Shown one piece after another: positions 8,761-19,302 of a stretch of 64,000 nt of DNA (position 1 is its first letter; each line of letters opens with the position of its first letter). This DNA comes from Candidatus Krumholzibacteriota bacterium. Its GTDB lineage: Bacteria; Krumholzibacteriota; Krumholzibacteriia; Krumholzibacteriales; Krumholzibacteriaceae. Made by a program: the position numbers and the translations under genes. Under the pieces are notes generated by a model, which saw only the letters and a program-made list of their open reading frames with translations, was not told the origin of the DNA and did not search any database. The DNA lies in NCBI GenBank assembly GCA_016932415.1, contig JAFGCX010000011.1, positions 104,115-168,114 of the forward strand, written 5' to 3'.

Positions 8761-10073
8761 CGCTCCTCTTCGCTCTTTATGTCGACGTGATATATTTCCT
8801 TGAGGTTCGCCACGTAATCCTCGAACGTCTTCATAAAGCTCTCTCTCTGGATCAGATCCCTTATCCTTTCTCTCGCTTCATCAAGGTTGAACGGCCTCTC
8901 TTCGGTCCATCCATTGACCTTGATGATCCTGAAACCCTTTTCCTCCTCGACCAGAGGGGCTATCTCCCCCGCTTTCAGCCCCTGGATCGATTCAAGAAAA
9001 AACGCGGGAAGCCTGTTCACGGCGATCTCTCCTATATTTCCGCCGTCTTCTTTCGTACTCCAGTCTTCAGAGTAGAGCCTTGCCATCTCGGCAAAATCGG
9101 CGCCATTGATGATATCCTCCCTGATCTTTTCCGCCATGGCACGCGTCGCGTCGACATCGGTATCTATCTTGATCAGTATATGCCGCAATTTTATTTCATC
9201 GCCGCTGACCTCTTCCAGTTTTATCAGGTGAATTCCATGCTCTGTCATCACGGGACCGCTGACCTCGGAGACTGTCAATTTCCGGACCGCTTCCTCGAAC
9301 CGGGGATTGTCGAGATCCTCGAGTTTTAAAAACCCCAGGCTTCCACCGTATTTGGCGCTTGGCCCCTCGGAAAATGATTTTGCCGTTTCAGCGAAATCGG
9401 CTCCTTCCTCAAGCCTTTTCTGTATTTCCGCGATCTTCGCCATCGCGGCTTCCTCCGCGCTTTTCTCGGCCTTCATATAGATAAGTATCTGGGCAAGAGA
9501 GACCGTTCCGGGGCGCTTCTCGAACTCGTTATAATGCTCCCTGTAATATTTCCGGATGTCATCTTCCGTCACTTTTTCATTCATCAGCCCTTCACGGTAT
9601 TTCAGGCTTTCTATCAACGCATTCGCCCTGATCTTCTCCCTCCACTGGGATTCAAGCTGTTCAAGGGTGATGCCCGCCTTCGCCAGTTCGACATCAAGCG
9701 CGTCTCTGCCGCCTATCGCTCGAATATTCTCGTTAAGTATCCGGTCGACCTCGGACTCAATCCTCTCCTCAGCCACTTCGATCCCCAGCTTTTCGGCGTG
9801 CACGACCAGAAGAAGATGTGACACCAGTCCGTCAAGGATCTCCTCCCTTTTCTGTTTTTCCTCGGAAGCCGGCAGGCTTGTCTTCTGAAGCTGCATGAGC
9901 AGCTGCTGGTATTCCATCTCTATGTCACTTGCAAGCAAAGCCCTGTCCTGGACTATAGCGACGACCCTGTCGATGACTTCCCGATCTTTTTCTTCCCCTT
10001 CGGCCGGCAATGACAACGCGGCTGACAACGCAACGAAAAATGCCGCGAAAACGACTCTCTTCAATCCCTTCAC
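8757..10073 (-). CDS. surA: SurA-like periplasmic chaperone / parvulin-type peptidyl-prolyl isomerase
   Basis: Signal peptide, SurA N-terminal-like domain and two PpiC/parvulin domains (GFLKLEDL..., HGIHLIKLEEV). Adjacent to pdxA as in the E. coli surA-pdxA arrangement. Confidence 0.75.
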   Translation of the reverse strand: MKGLKRVVFAAFFVALSAALSLPAEGEEKDREVIDRVVAIVQDRALLASDIEMEYQQLLMQLQKTSLPASEEKQKREEILDGLVSHLLLVVHAEKLGIEVAEERIESEVDRILNENIRAIGGRDALDVELAKAGITLEQLESQWREKIRANALIESLKYREGLMNEKVTEDDIRKYYREHYNEFEKRPGTVSLAQILIYMKAEKSAEEAAMAKIAEIQKRLEEGADFAETAKSFSEGPSAKYGGSLGFLKLEDLDNPRFEEAVRKLTVSEVSGPVMTEHGIHLIKLEEVSGDEIKLRHILIKIDTDVDATRAMAEKIREDIINGADFAEMARLYSEDWSTKEDGGNIGEIAVNRLPAFFLESIQGLKAGEIAPLVEEEKGFRIIKVNGWTEERPFNLDEARERIRDLIQRESFMKTFEDYVANLKEIYHVDIKSEEER

Positions 10074-10981
10074 AACTGTTCCTCCCTTTCCGGAACCGTG
10101 TCTCCGCTCACCGGATTTTCAGCCGGGACATCTGCCAGCGGCACGTAATTCTTTTCGAAATATTCTATGTCGGTTGAATTTCTCAACGCCCCGGTGAACT
10201 CCTTGAATGCTTTTTCCCGTTTCTCCATGATCAGCCGGCTCATGATCCCTCCCCTGATCTCATCGAGGGAGACTTTCACCCGGGCTTCGCGCATACCGAC
10301 CATCTTTATTATGTGAAATCCGAAGTCAGATTCTACGATCCCGCTGACCTCGTCCGGTTTAAGGTCGAAGATCACAGTCTCGAATTCAGGGATCATATTC
10401 CCTTTTGTCAGATACCCGAGATCTCCCCCGCGTTTGGCGACCGGATCGACAGAATACCTGTTCGCGACCCACGCGAACTGTTTTGTCTTCAGAAGCTCCT
10501 GGACTTCCTCGGCCTCTTCCAGGGTATTTACCAGAATATGCCTGACCCTGTACTCGTATTTATACTCATCTCCATGACGGATGAAGTAATCCTCGATCTC
10601 TTCCTCGCTCACCTGGATCCGTTCTCGCAGTTCGAGAAAGATCAGGTGATCGGCCAGAAATTCTTTTTCAAGCCCCTTTATCCTCGCCCTTACGCGTGGA
10701 TCGTTCTGAAGCCCTCTGCGAAGAGCTTCCCGGTAGAGGATCTCCAATTCTACCCAGTGCTGTATGAACCTGCTTTTTTCCTCGACGGAAAAGGGGATCT
10801 TTTCGCTTTCCGGCAGCAGGTTCTCAAGCTTATCGTCAGTCAGCACGATATCGCCGACTCTTACTATCGCTCCCGCCGGGATCGCGCGCGCGTTATTTTT
10901 TTCCGTTTCCGCGCAGCCGGTTATCGCCGCCACCACCAGAAAAAAAGCGATCGGCAATCCGGCCTGTCTCCCGTTTTTCAA
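10070..10981 (-). CDS. Parvulin-type PPIase lipoprotein (PrsA/SurA-like)
   Basis: Lipobox AITGC and PpiC domain (GGDLGYLTKG...FGFHIIKM). Confidence 0.7.
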   Translation of the reverse strand: MKNGRQAGLPIAFFLVVAAITGCAETEKNNARAIPAGAIVRVGDIVLTDDKLENLLPESEKIPFSVEEKSRFIQHWVELEILYREALRRGLQNDPRVRARIKGLEKEFLADHLIFLELRERIQVSEEEIEDYFIRHGDEYKYEYRVRHILVNTLEEAEEVQELLKTKQFAWVANRYSVDPVAKRGGDLGYLTKGNMIPEFETVIFDLKPDEVSGIVESDFGFHIIKMVGMREARVKVSLDEIRGGIMSRLIMEKREKAFKEFTGALRNSTDIEYFEKNYVPLADVPAENPVSGDTVPEREEQL

Positions 10982-10996
10982 TTAGCCACCAGCCTT

Positions 10997-12727
10997 TTAC
11001 AGTCTGGTCCTGTTCATCTTCGCTTTTTCCAGATTCTTTTCGTAGATCTCTATTACATACGTTTCGCGCCAGTCTTCCATCTTTTTATCAAGAAGCTCCG
11101 ATCCCTTTTTCTCCATCAGTTGTTTTTTGATCGCGGACTCGGCTTCCTCAAAGGTGGGGATCCCGCCCGGCTCTATCTCGAGCACCTTGATGACAGCCCA
11201 CCCTCTTGACATTTCGAAAGGGTCTGATATCGAACCGACCGCCGGGAGGGCAAAAGCGACGCCGTCATACTCGAGATAGTTGCCTGAGGGTATAAGCCCC
11301 GTTTTTCCCATGTTATCCTTGACGGTTGGATCCTTTGAATATTTTCTGGTCAGCAAGTCAAAACTTTCCTTGGCCCTGGCTTTCTGCGCAACCATATTCG
11401 CGGTAGCCTCATCCTCAAGGACTATGATCTGGTAGTTTCTTTTTTCCTTGGTCCTGAACATTTCCCTGCTCTCTTCGTATTCCTCCCTGATCTCTCTTTC
11501 AGTAACGCTGATCTCGTCCTGTATCTGATCCTGGTAGAGCCTGTACACGAGGAACTGTTCGAGGCGCTTTTCATAATTTTCCTTTACTTCCGGCACCTCG
11601 AGGACCTTGGCCACCTCTTCCGCGTACACGGGAAGAATCCTGTCATAAATGACCTTCTTCAGGAGCTGGATAATACTGTATTTGCCGGTCGAATGCCGAG
11701 GCCTGTCCGGCAGAGCCGTCATGGAATAGAGTTCCTCGAAATCGGCAAGGGTATAGATCCCGTCATCGTATTGACAGATAATAAGCTCTCTGTACTTATC
11801 GGGTATCTCGACCCTGGGGGCGTTCTCCCTGGTCACCCTGCCATTGATGAATTCTTCGAACGGGACATCTTCCGGAAGGTGATCATAGGCGATATCGACC
11901 GCGTCGCTGTAGATCTGAAGATGTATATCACGTTCGATCTGTTCCTTCAGGAGGTTGCGGCCCTTGTATTCCTTTATCGCGCGCACCCTTTTCCCCGCGT
12001 ATTCCCTGTCCTTGTCGGGGAGGATCTTGCGTTTCTTCAGTACCTTCAGAAGCCCCCAGCCGTTGTCGGTCATGACCGGAGGAGATACATCCCCCACCTC
12101 CATGTCGAAGAGGACTTCCTCTACCCACCAGTGGATCCTGCCGACCGATTCGCTGCCTACATTTCCGCCATTTTCCCCTTCCGGCCCGAGAGAATATCTC
12201 TTCGCCATCTCGGCGAAATCCTCCCCTTCCTCTACGATCTTCTGCCTTATTTCGAGAGCTTCATTCTCATTGGCGACCAGGATCTGGGCGAGCGTGTATT
12301 CATAATGCATCTGTTCCCAGTAAAAATCGGTCTCTTCTTCCGTCACTTCGACCTTTTTAGTTATCTCCTCGTTCCATAGCGCCGTTATCAGGAAGGGGCC
12401 CTTGAACTGTTCCCAGAAGCTCTGGAACGCATCCTCGCGCTGATAGCCGAGAGCATACGCCTTCAGCGTCATTACTTCCTTGTTGACCATATGCCGGAGA
12501 AGCTCTTTTTTCCCCTCCATATCATTTGTTTCTGGAAGATATTTATTATCAAGAGTTTCCGCGGTCGTCTCAAATTCCCTTACCGTTACCGTCCTCGTGT
12601 CCACCTTCGCGACGACAAGATCTTCTCTTTCAGTCCTGGAGCATCCCATCGCTATCGCGAGGGTGACTCCAACCATTAAAATGATCGTCTTTCTCAACTC
12701 TCTCTCCTTTCCGGGCATTTTTCTCAT
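10997..12727 (-). CDS. Large SurA/PpiD-like lipoprotein with parvulin PPIase domain(s)
   Basis: Lipobox IAMGC, SurA_N-like region, parvulin motifs (GNVGSESVGRI..., SRGWAVIKVLE). Confidence 0.7.
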   Translation of the reverse strand: MRKMPGKERELRKTIILMVGVTLAIAMGCSRTEREDLVVAKVDTRTVTVREFETTAETLDNKYLPETNDMEGKKELLRHMVNKEVMTLKAYALGYQREDAFQSFWEQFKGPFLITALWNEEITKKVEVTEEETDFYWEQMHYEYTLAQILVANENEALEIRQKIVEEGEDFAEMAKRYSLGPEGENGGNVGSESVGRIHWWVEEVLFDMEVGDVSPPVMTDNGWGLLKVLKKRKILPDKDREYAGKRVRAIKEYKGRNLLKEQIERDIHLQIYSDAVDIAYDHLPEDVPFEEFINGRVTRENAPRVEIPDKYRELIICQYDDGIYTLADFEELYSMTALPDRPRHSTGKYSIIQLLKKVIYDRILPVYAEEVAKVLEVPEVKENYEKRLEQFLVYRLYQDQIQDEISVTEREIREEYEESREMFRTKEKRNYQIIVLEDEATANMVAQKARAKESFDLLTRKYSKDPTVKDNMGKTGLIPSGNYLEYDGVAFALPAVGSISDPFEMSRGWAVIKVLEIEPGGIPTFEEAESAIKKQLMEKKGSELLDKKMEDWRETYVIEIYEKNLEKAKMNRTRL

Positions 12728-12770
12728 TCTGTCGGTATGAGCCTGTTCGACCCATAGAGGTTAAACTACC

Positions 12771-15700
12771 TTATTTAGCAGAAAATTCCAATAAATTCAA
12801 TAAACTTTCAAAATCAGCGATACCCGGTGATTCTTTCCCCATGGCCGACCGCCGCGATCTCCCATCAGCGGTATCATCCCGGTATTCCGGTTTGACGGAA
12901 AGGGAAAATCCGACATCGGTATGAAATGTCAGCCTTCCCCCGAACCTGTCGACAATCGCCGCGAGTAGTCTTTTTCCCGGAGTATGCCCCGGTTCAAACC
13001 TCGCGCGTAGCCGGCCTGCAGTATCGATCTCGACCTTATCCAGGCGGACGTTTTGCGCTCTTGTCCTGAGTTCAACGAGCTTTAGCATATTCTCCGCCGG
13101 CGCAGGAAGTGGACCGAACCGGTCCCTCAGTTCCAGGCCGATCTCGAATACTTCCCCGGCCTCACCTGCACGCGCTACCCTTCTGTATATATCCATCCTT
13201 TCCTCTGAGTCGTGGACGAATTCTTCGGGCAGGTATGCTGGCACCGGGATCACCATCTTCGCCTCTCTCTCTTCCTCTATCTCTTCCCCGCTTGACCTGG
13301 CGATCTCCTCCCTGATCATTCTCGCGTACAGATCGAGGCCTACCGAGTTAATCTGTCCGGACTGCTGGTGGCCGAGAAGATTGCCGGCGCCCCTGATCTC
13401 CAGGTCTCTCATCGCTATCCTGTAACCAGCCCCCAGATAATCAAACTCGCTTATCGCCTGGAGCCTTTTAAGCGCCGTAGCGGTAAGGGTCCGTCCTTTT
13501 GGAATAAGCATATAGGCATGAGCTTTTCTGTCGGATCTCCCCACCCGGCCGCGAAGCTGGTAGAGCTGGGCCAGCCCGAACCGGTCCGACCTGTTGATTA
13601 TAATGGTATTGACGTTTGGGAAATCAAGCCCCGCTTCTATTATCATCGTGCAAAGCAGGAGGTCGAACTTTCCTTCCAGGAAATCGACCATGATCCTCTC
13701 CAGCTCCCTTTCTTTCATCTGCCCGTGCGCGTGAGCTATCCTTACCCTGTCGGGCAACAACCTCTGAAGGTATCCTTCCATCACCGTTATCGACTGCACT
13801 CTGTTGTGCACAAAAAAGACCTGCCCTCCGCGGTTTATTTCTCTCATGACCGCTTCCCGTATCCTCTCATCGTCAAAGGGAAGGATCTCCGTATGTATCG
13901 GCAGCCTGTTACGGGGCGCCGTGTCTATGACCGAGATGTCCCTGAGTCCCGATATCGCCATCGAGAGCGTCCTTGGTATCGGCGTCGCCGTCATGCTCAG
14001 CACATCGACGCTCCTTTTAAGTTTTTTGAACGCCTCTTTTTGTTTCACCCCGAACCTGTGTTCTTCATCGACGATCACGAGCCCCAGGTCCCTGAAATGA
14101 ACATCTTTTGATATCAGCCTGTGCGTCCCGATAACAATGTCGACCTTGCCTTCGGCCAAACCTTCCACGATCTTTTTCTGCCGGGCTGAAGGAACGAACC
14201 TGCTCAGCATCTCGATCGATACGGGATACCCCTGGAGCCTCTCGCGAAGAGTGTTGTAATGCTGCAGAGCCAGGACTGTCGTCGGAACGAGAAAGGCTGC
14301 CTGTTTCCCCTCGACCACGACCTTGAACGCGGCTCGAAGCGCTACTTCCGTTTTTCCAAACCCGACGTCGCCGCACAGCAGCCTGTCCATCGGGATGAGA
14401 TTTTCGAGATCCTTCTTGACTTCGGCCGTCGCTTCGAGCTGATGCGGCGTCTCCTCCCATGGAAACGACGCTTCGACCTCTTTCTGCCAGGGCTTGTCCG
14501 GTCCACAGGCGAATCCTTTTGCTACCTTCCTGGCCGCGTATATCTCGAGAAGATCCAGCGCGATATTGCCGGCGCTTTTTCTCGCCCTTTCCTTGGCCTT
14601 TTTCCATGCCTTGCTGCCGAGGCTTGCCAGAGCCGGCGAAGCGCCGTCCGAGGCGATATATTTTTCCACCATCCTCAGATGCGAGACGGGAATAAAAAGC
14701 CTGTCGTCCCCCTCGTAACGAATATCCAGGCATTCCGTCATCCCTCCCTCGATCTCGAGTTTCCGCATCCCCATATAACGGCCTACCCCATGGCTCAGAT
14801 GTACTATGAAATCCCCCGGTTTAAAATGTGAAGGATCGTAAGTAAGGGATCGGCTCCTCGCCCGGGGGGAATGCCAGGGCCTGTGGAACCTCCCGAAGAC
14901 TTCTTCCTCGCTGAGGAAAAGTACTCCGGCGTCCTCCCACCTGAATCCGCCCGACAGGAACCCCAGAGGAAAATCGATCTCGATCGAGACATCCGAAAGA
15001 AGTTCTTCGGCCCTTTCACTCTGCACCATTGTCGAACAGAAGAGAAAGACCTGCAGATCTTTATCAAGAGCTTTCCGGATATCGGTGACAAGCCCGTTCA
15101 TCTTTCTTCTGTAGTCTCCGGCCGGAGTTGTAAAAAAAGTGACTGCTTTGTCGTCAGAGAACGAGATGAATTCGAGCGTACGCATTTTTCCGATATAACC
15201 GGCCAGTTCTTCTTCCGAAATGTATACCTGTTCGGGAGGAGGATAGAAGTTGCCTTCCTTTCTCGACGCGGCGTATCTCTCCACCGTCTCATCGCGGATA
15301 TCTCCGAGCAAAGTCCTCATATCTTCCATGTCATATATCGCGATCACCGGAGGGGAATCAAAATATTCAAAGATCGGCGACAACTCGTGGACGGCAGCGG
15401 CATAATGCTCCATTCCGAAAAAGTGGATCCCTTCTTCGAGCCTGTCAGCGGGAAGAAGCCGCTTGAACCTTTCTTCCCTGCCGAGAGAATCGATATCGGC
15501 GGAGAGGAATTCCCTTAGTCTTTCCAGCCCGCCCGCGTCGGGACACAGATGATGAAAGGGCCTTATCCTTATTGTTTCCTTTTCCGCGCCGGACCTTTGG
15601 GACTCAACGTCGAAATCCCTGACAGTGATGACCGTGTCGCCATCAAACTCGATTCTCACCGGATCATCAGAGCTGACCTCGAATATGTCAAGAATCCCAC

Positions 15701-16232
15701 CCCTTATGGCGAATTGTCCTTTTTCCTCGACTATCGCGTGCCTCTCGTAACCGCGAGCGGTCAGATCGGCGGCGAGGGAAATAAGGTCCATTTCATTTCC
15801 TCGTACGATATCGAGAAGGAGGGAAACGAAAGAATCCCTGCTGTATACCTTTTTAAGAACGGAGCGCAAGGTGCAGACGAGGATCCTGCACTCTCCCTCG
15901 CAGAGCGCTTCGAGCGCCCTCATCTGCATTCCGGTGAGATTCCTATCGGGATCGTGATAATCATACGGCAGGATCTCGTCTTCGGGATACGATACCACTC
16001 CCTCTACCCCGAAACTGACCAGATCTGCCTCTATGTCCCTCGCCTTTACAGGATCGGCCGCCACGATCATGAAGTTGCCTCCGAGCTCTCCCGCTATCGC
16101 CGAGACAAGAAGCGCTCTCGCGCTTCCCGACAATCCTCTCACCGGGACTCTCGCCTTCTCCTGCCTTATCCTTTTCATCAGGCCGACGCCTGCAGGAAGG
16201 CCGAGGATCTTATTCTTCAGGTCATCCCACAT
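12771..16232 (-). CDS. mfd: Transcription-repair coupling factor Mfd
   Basis: 1153 aa with UvrB-homology N-terminus, RNAP-interacting domain and SF2 helicase motifs (GDVGFGKTEVALRAAF, DEEHRFGV). Confidence 0.95.
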   Translation of the reverse strand: MWDDLKNKILGLPAGVGLMKRIRQEKARVPVRGLSGSARALLVSAIAGELGGNFMIVAADPVKARDIEADLVSFGVEGVVSYPEDEILPYDYHDPDRNLTGMQMRALEALCEGECRILVCTLRSVLKKVYSRDSFVSLLLDIVRGNEMDLISLAADLTARGYERHAIVEEKGQFAIRGGILDIFEVSSDDPVRIEFDGDTVITVRDFDVESQRSGAEKETIRIRPFHHLCPDAGGLERLREFLSADIDSLGREERFKRLLPADRLEEGIHFFGMEHYAAAVHELSPIFEYFDSPPVIAIYDMEDMRTLLGDIRDETVERYAASRKEGNFYPPPEQVYISEEELAGYIGKMRTLEFISFSDDKAVTFFTTPAGDYRRKMNGLVTDIRKALDKDLQVFLFCSTMVQSERAEELLSDVSIEIDFPLGFLSGGFRWEDAGVLFLSEEEVFGRFHRPWHSPRARSRSLTYDPSHFKPGDFIVHLSHGVGRYMGMRKLEIEGGMTECLDIRYEGDDRLFIPVSHLRMVEKYIASDGASPALASLGSKAWKKAKERARKSAGNIALDLLEIYAARKVAKGFACGPDKPWQKEVEASFPWEETPHQLEATAEVKKDLENLIPMDRLLCGDVGFGKTEVALRAAFKVVVEGKQAAFLVPTTVLALQHYNTLRERLQGYPVSIEMLSRFVPSARQKKIVEGLAEGKVDIVIGTHRLISKDVHFRDLGLVIVDEEHRFGVKQKEAFKKLKRSVDVLSMTATPIPRTLSMAISGLRDISVIDTAPRNRLPIHTEILPFDDERIREAVMREINRGGQVFFVHNRVQSITVMEGYLQRLLPDRVRIAHAHGQMKERELERIMVDFLEGKFDLLLCTMIIEAGLDFPNVNTIIINRSDRFGLAQLYQLRGRVGRSDRKAHAYMLIPKGRTLTATALKRLQAISEFDYLGAGYRIAMRDLEIRGAGNLLGHQQSGQINSVGLDLYARMIREEIARSSGEEIEEEREAKMVIPVPAYLPEEFVHDSEERMDIYRRVARAGEAGEVFEIGLELRDRFGPLPAPAENMLKLVELRTRAQNVRLDKVEIDTAGRLRARFEPGHTPGKRLLAAIVDRFGGRLTFHTDVGFSLSVKPEYRDDTADGRSRRSAMGKESPGIADFESLLNLLEFSAK

Positions 16233-18348
16233 CCCGATCGCTCCTTGCCGCCGCCATATCCTTCCTCTGGGACACGAGCAGTTCCACGAAAAATATCATC
16301 AGCGCGGCAATAACCAGGGCTCCTGATATTTCCCTTCCCTCCCTCGCCATTTCAAGATGTCCGAGAAGATCCCCGCCTTGGGGTATCAAGACTGAATCGT
16401 CTACTCCGAGCATATCGGCGATGACGGCAGTCTCCACTTTTTCGAGCCGGGACTCGGCAGATGATTCAATATTGACCGGAATAAGTTCTATCGTCGAATC
16501 TGCCGCCTCGATCCTTACAAATCCCGGTTCGTCTCCTGCCGTTATCATGGCGCCTGCGGACAGTTCTTTTTCAACCTTTCCCGGGGCGCCTCCTGAAAGA
16601 TCCGACGGAATATATTCAACGCCGCCGGGAAGGACTGCCCTGATACCCTCCGCCTCTCTCCGCAGAACAAACCGTTCTCCCACCTTTCTTCCCTCCGTCC
16701 CGGCCAAAGCGGGATCGACCGAAAAGAGAAGCTGCCTGACGAGTGGCAGGAAAAGAGGCGAGAGAACAAGGTCTCCGCCCTCTGGCACGGGATCGATCGA
16801 AGCAAAGACGATCCTTCCCTTTTCCACGCTTTCGCTCCACACAAAGGGATGGCCGCTTTCAAACCTCAGGTCGACCTCTCCCGGCGGAATGCCGGTGACG
16901 ACCGGCGGCCCCCTGAATCTTATCCTGAAAAGCGCCTTCATATCCTCTCGATCGAAGGGGGAGAGGAATGGCGGTTTCTCCTGGTCATAATCTATCGTCT
17001 CTTCCCTTCCGTTGAAATCGACTCCCGGCTGGTGGTTTGAAAGTTCTTTTATCATCTTTTCATGACCCCTCGTGACGAGAGCGAAAATCCCTCCCCCGCC
17101 AGAGAGATACTCCTCGAGTATCCCGATCTCCCTTTGTGCCGGCCCGACTCCCGGCCCGGCGATGACGAGATCCGCCCAATCGAGATCCGCGGTCACGAAA
17201 TCATCCCATTTTTTACGCCTCAGTTCGATCTCCTCGTCATTTTCTCCGGGATTCAATGCCTGCCGCAGATAGTACTCTTCGCTGTCGCTGATCAGCAGGA
17301 CTCTGTCTCTTTTTCTCGAATGAAACGAGAAGAACCTCGAGTCATCGGCTTTAAGCCGGTCATTCCGCTTGCTCGCCAAGCCTTCGATCCATCCAGACCT
17401 GTCGATCTGTATCAGCGCTTTTTCTGTCTTCGAGCCTGCCGGAGCTATTTCTATCTCCCTTTCATGCACTATCTTTCCGTCGACCGATATCCTGATCGGA
17501 AATTTCGCCCCCAACCGCTGAGAATGGTTTCTCATCACCACGCTGACCGCCGCCGTTTCCCCCTTGTGCACCACTTTTCCCGGAGTCACGACCTTATCGA
17601 TCGAGACGTTCGCCGGCGCGTCTTCTCCTACCGGGATAAGGAATGTGCGTATCCTTCGTCTCTCTTCCCGTCCCACCCCGCCTGAAGAGTCGGAGATATC
17701 CAGGGCGTTTTCAGGAAGATCCGCGCCGGCGGTGAATCCGCTTTTCTGAAAATCAGAGATTATAAAAAGCTCCCTGATCTCTCTTCTTCCTGAAAGAAGT
17801 CTTTCCCTGCCTGCAGCCACTGCCGCGGCCAGATCTGTCCCGTAAAATGATGTCTCCTGCTTTTTCAGGATCTCCGAAACCTGTGCCGCCCTGAATCTGT
17901 CTGTCTCCAGTATTTTTATCACCCTCGTATCGAAAAGGTAGATAGCGACCTCGTCCTCTTCGCCCAGCATGCCGGTTATTTCAAGAGCCCGGTCTATCCC
18001 TTTCTGGAAAGCGGTCGTTTCTCCTTCCTCGACGGACATGCTGTAGCTCCTGTCTATCAGGATACATACCGCCCCGGATCCTTCGCCTGGAAATATCGCC
18101 GCAAGGCCGCCCCTGATCACCGGCCGCGCGAAAGCCAGAGCGATGAGAGCGACGCCGGCGACCCTGAGCAGGAGCAGAAGAAGACGCCTGAAATCGATCT
18201 TGCGCATACTCCGGCGCTCAGATCCTCTCAGGAAGATCAGAGAGCTGAATACGATCTCGGGGATCTTTCTCCTGCTGAAAAAATGGATGAGGATCGGAAC
18301 TGCCACGGCTCCGAGCATCACCAGAAATAATGGGTTGAGAAAATCCAT
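16222..18348 (-). CDS. BatA-like membrane protein: N-terminal double-TM anchor plus vWA (MIDAS DxSxS) domain
   Basis: N-terminus LNPLFLVMLGAVAVPILIHFFSRRK (double-TM anchor family), vWA MIDAS LIDRSYSM. 11-nt overlap with the mfd start. Confidence 0.7.
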   Translation of the reverse strand: MDFLNPLFLVMLGAVAVPILIHFFSRRKIPEIVFSSLIFLRGSERRSMRKIDFRRLLLLLLRVAGVALIALAFARPVIRGGLAAIFPGEGSGAVCILIDRSYSMSVEEGETTAFQKGIDRALEITGMLGEEDEVAIYLFDTRVIKILETDRFRAAQVSEILKKQETSFYGTDLAAAVAAGRERLLSGRREIRELFIISDFQKSGFTAGADLPENALDISDSSGGVGREERRRIRTFLIPVGEDAPANVSIDKVVTPGKVVHKGETAAVSVVMRNHSQRLGAKFPIRISVDGKIVHEREIEIAPAGSKTEKALIQIDRSGWIEGLASKRNDRLKADDSRFFSFHSRKRDRVLLISDSEEYYLRQALNPGENDEEIELRRKKWDDFVTADLDWADLVIAGPGVGPAQREIGILEEYLSGGGGIFALVTRGHEKMIKELSNHQPGVDFNGREETIDYDQEKPPFLSPFDREDMKALFRIRFRGPPVVTGIPPGEVDLRFESGHPFVWSESVEKGRIVFASIDPVPEGGDLVLSPLFLPLVRQLLFSVDPALAGTEGRKVGERFVLRREAEGIRAVLPGGVEYIPSDLSGGAPGKVEKELSAGAMITAGDEPGFVRIEAADSTIELIPVNIESSAESRLEKVETAVIADMLGVDDSVLIPQGGDLLGHLEMAREGREISGALVIAALMIFFVELLVSQRKDMAAARSDRDVG

Positions 18349-18351
18349 CTC

Positions 18352-19302
18352 CTATCCCATCCTCCGCCTCTTTCCGAGATAAGAGACCAGAGCCTGATCG
18401 AAAGATGTATCGATAGTGACCAGGTTATAGTCTATCGCGTTTTCCTTGCACGATATTTCAAGACCCTTGATCCATTCTTCGATGTCGGCCCGGTATTCCT
18501 TTTTTAAAAACCAGGGTTGTGTCCTGATCTTCTCCCCCGTTTCCCTGTCGACGAACCTCACTTCTCCCCTGTAATCGAGAGAAAGCTCGAGAGGATCGAG
18601 AAGATGAAATACGACTATCTCGTGCCCTCTGTGCCTGAAATGTCTCAACCCGCTCAGGATTTCTCCCGGATCGTCGAACAAATCGCTTACCAGGATGATC
18701 AGCCCGCGCCTTTTCACCTTTTCGGCGATCTGGTGGAGGGTTTCGCTGATCCGGGTCTTCGCTCCGGGAGTGGCCTTTTCGAGAGCGTTCAATATGTGAA
18801 AAAGGTGTTTTCTTACTGACTTGTGAGGTATCATCTCGACTATTTTTTCGTCAAAAAGGGCAAGCCCTACCGCGTCGCGCTGCCTGATCATAAGAAACGC
18901 CAGGGCCGCGCAGAGAAGCGTCCCGTATCTCAGCTTGGTGATCTCCCTGCTGCCGAAATCCATCGAGGCGCTTCTGTCGAGCAGGATGGTCGCGCTCAGG
19001 TTTGTCTCGTCTTCGAATATCTTTGTATAATACCGGTCCGTCTTGGCAAATATCTTCCAGTCGATATTCCTTGTCGATTCTCCGGCGTTGTACTGCCTGT
19101 ATTCCGCGAACTCGACCGAAAACCCGTGATAAGGCGACCTGTGCAGCCCGGCGATGAATCCCTCGACGATCAATCTCGCCCTCAGATCCATCCGCGCGAT
19201 CCTGCTTACTACCTCTGGCTGGAGAAAGCTGCTTAGATCTTTTTTTTCCGGGGGCATGCCGATTCCACCGTTCTCGTCTCCGGGCGATATTCCCCGGGTC
19301 AT
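18352..19302 (-). CDS. DUF58 family protein (vWA-like, MoxR-associated)
   Basis: DUF58 signature region HRSPYHGFSVEFAEYRQYNAGESTRNIDWK and ILLDRSASM. ATGA overlap with the moxR stop. Confidence 0.75.
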   Translation of the reverse strand: MTRGISPGDENGGIGMPPEKKDLSSFLQPEVVSRIARMDLRARLIVEGFIAGLHRSPYHGFSVEFAEYRQYNAGESTRNIDWKIFAKTDRYYTKIFEDETNLSATILLDRSASMDFGSREITKLRYGTLLCAALAFLMIRQRDAVGLALFDEKIVEMIPHKSVRKHLFHILNALEKATPGAKTRISETLHQIAEKVKRRGLIILVSDLFDDPGEILSGLRHFRHRGHEIVVFHLLDPLELSLDYRGEVRFVDRETGEKIRTQPWFLKKEYRADIEEWIKGLEISCKENAIDYNLVTIDTSFDQALVSYLGKRRRMG

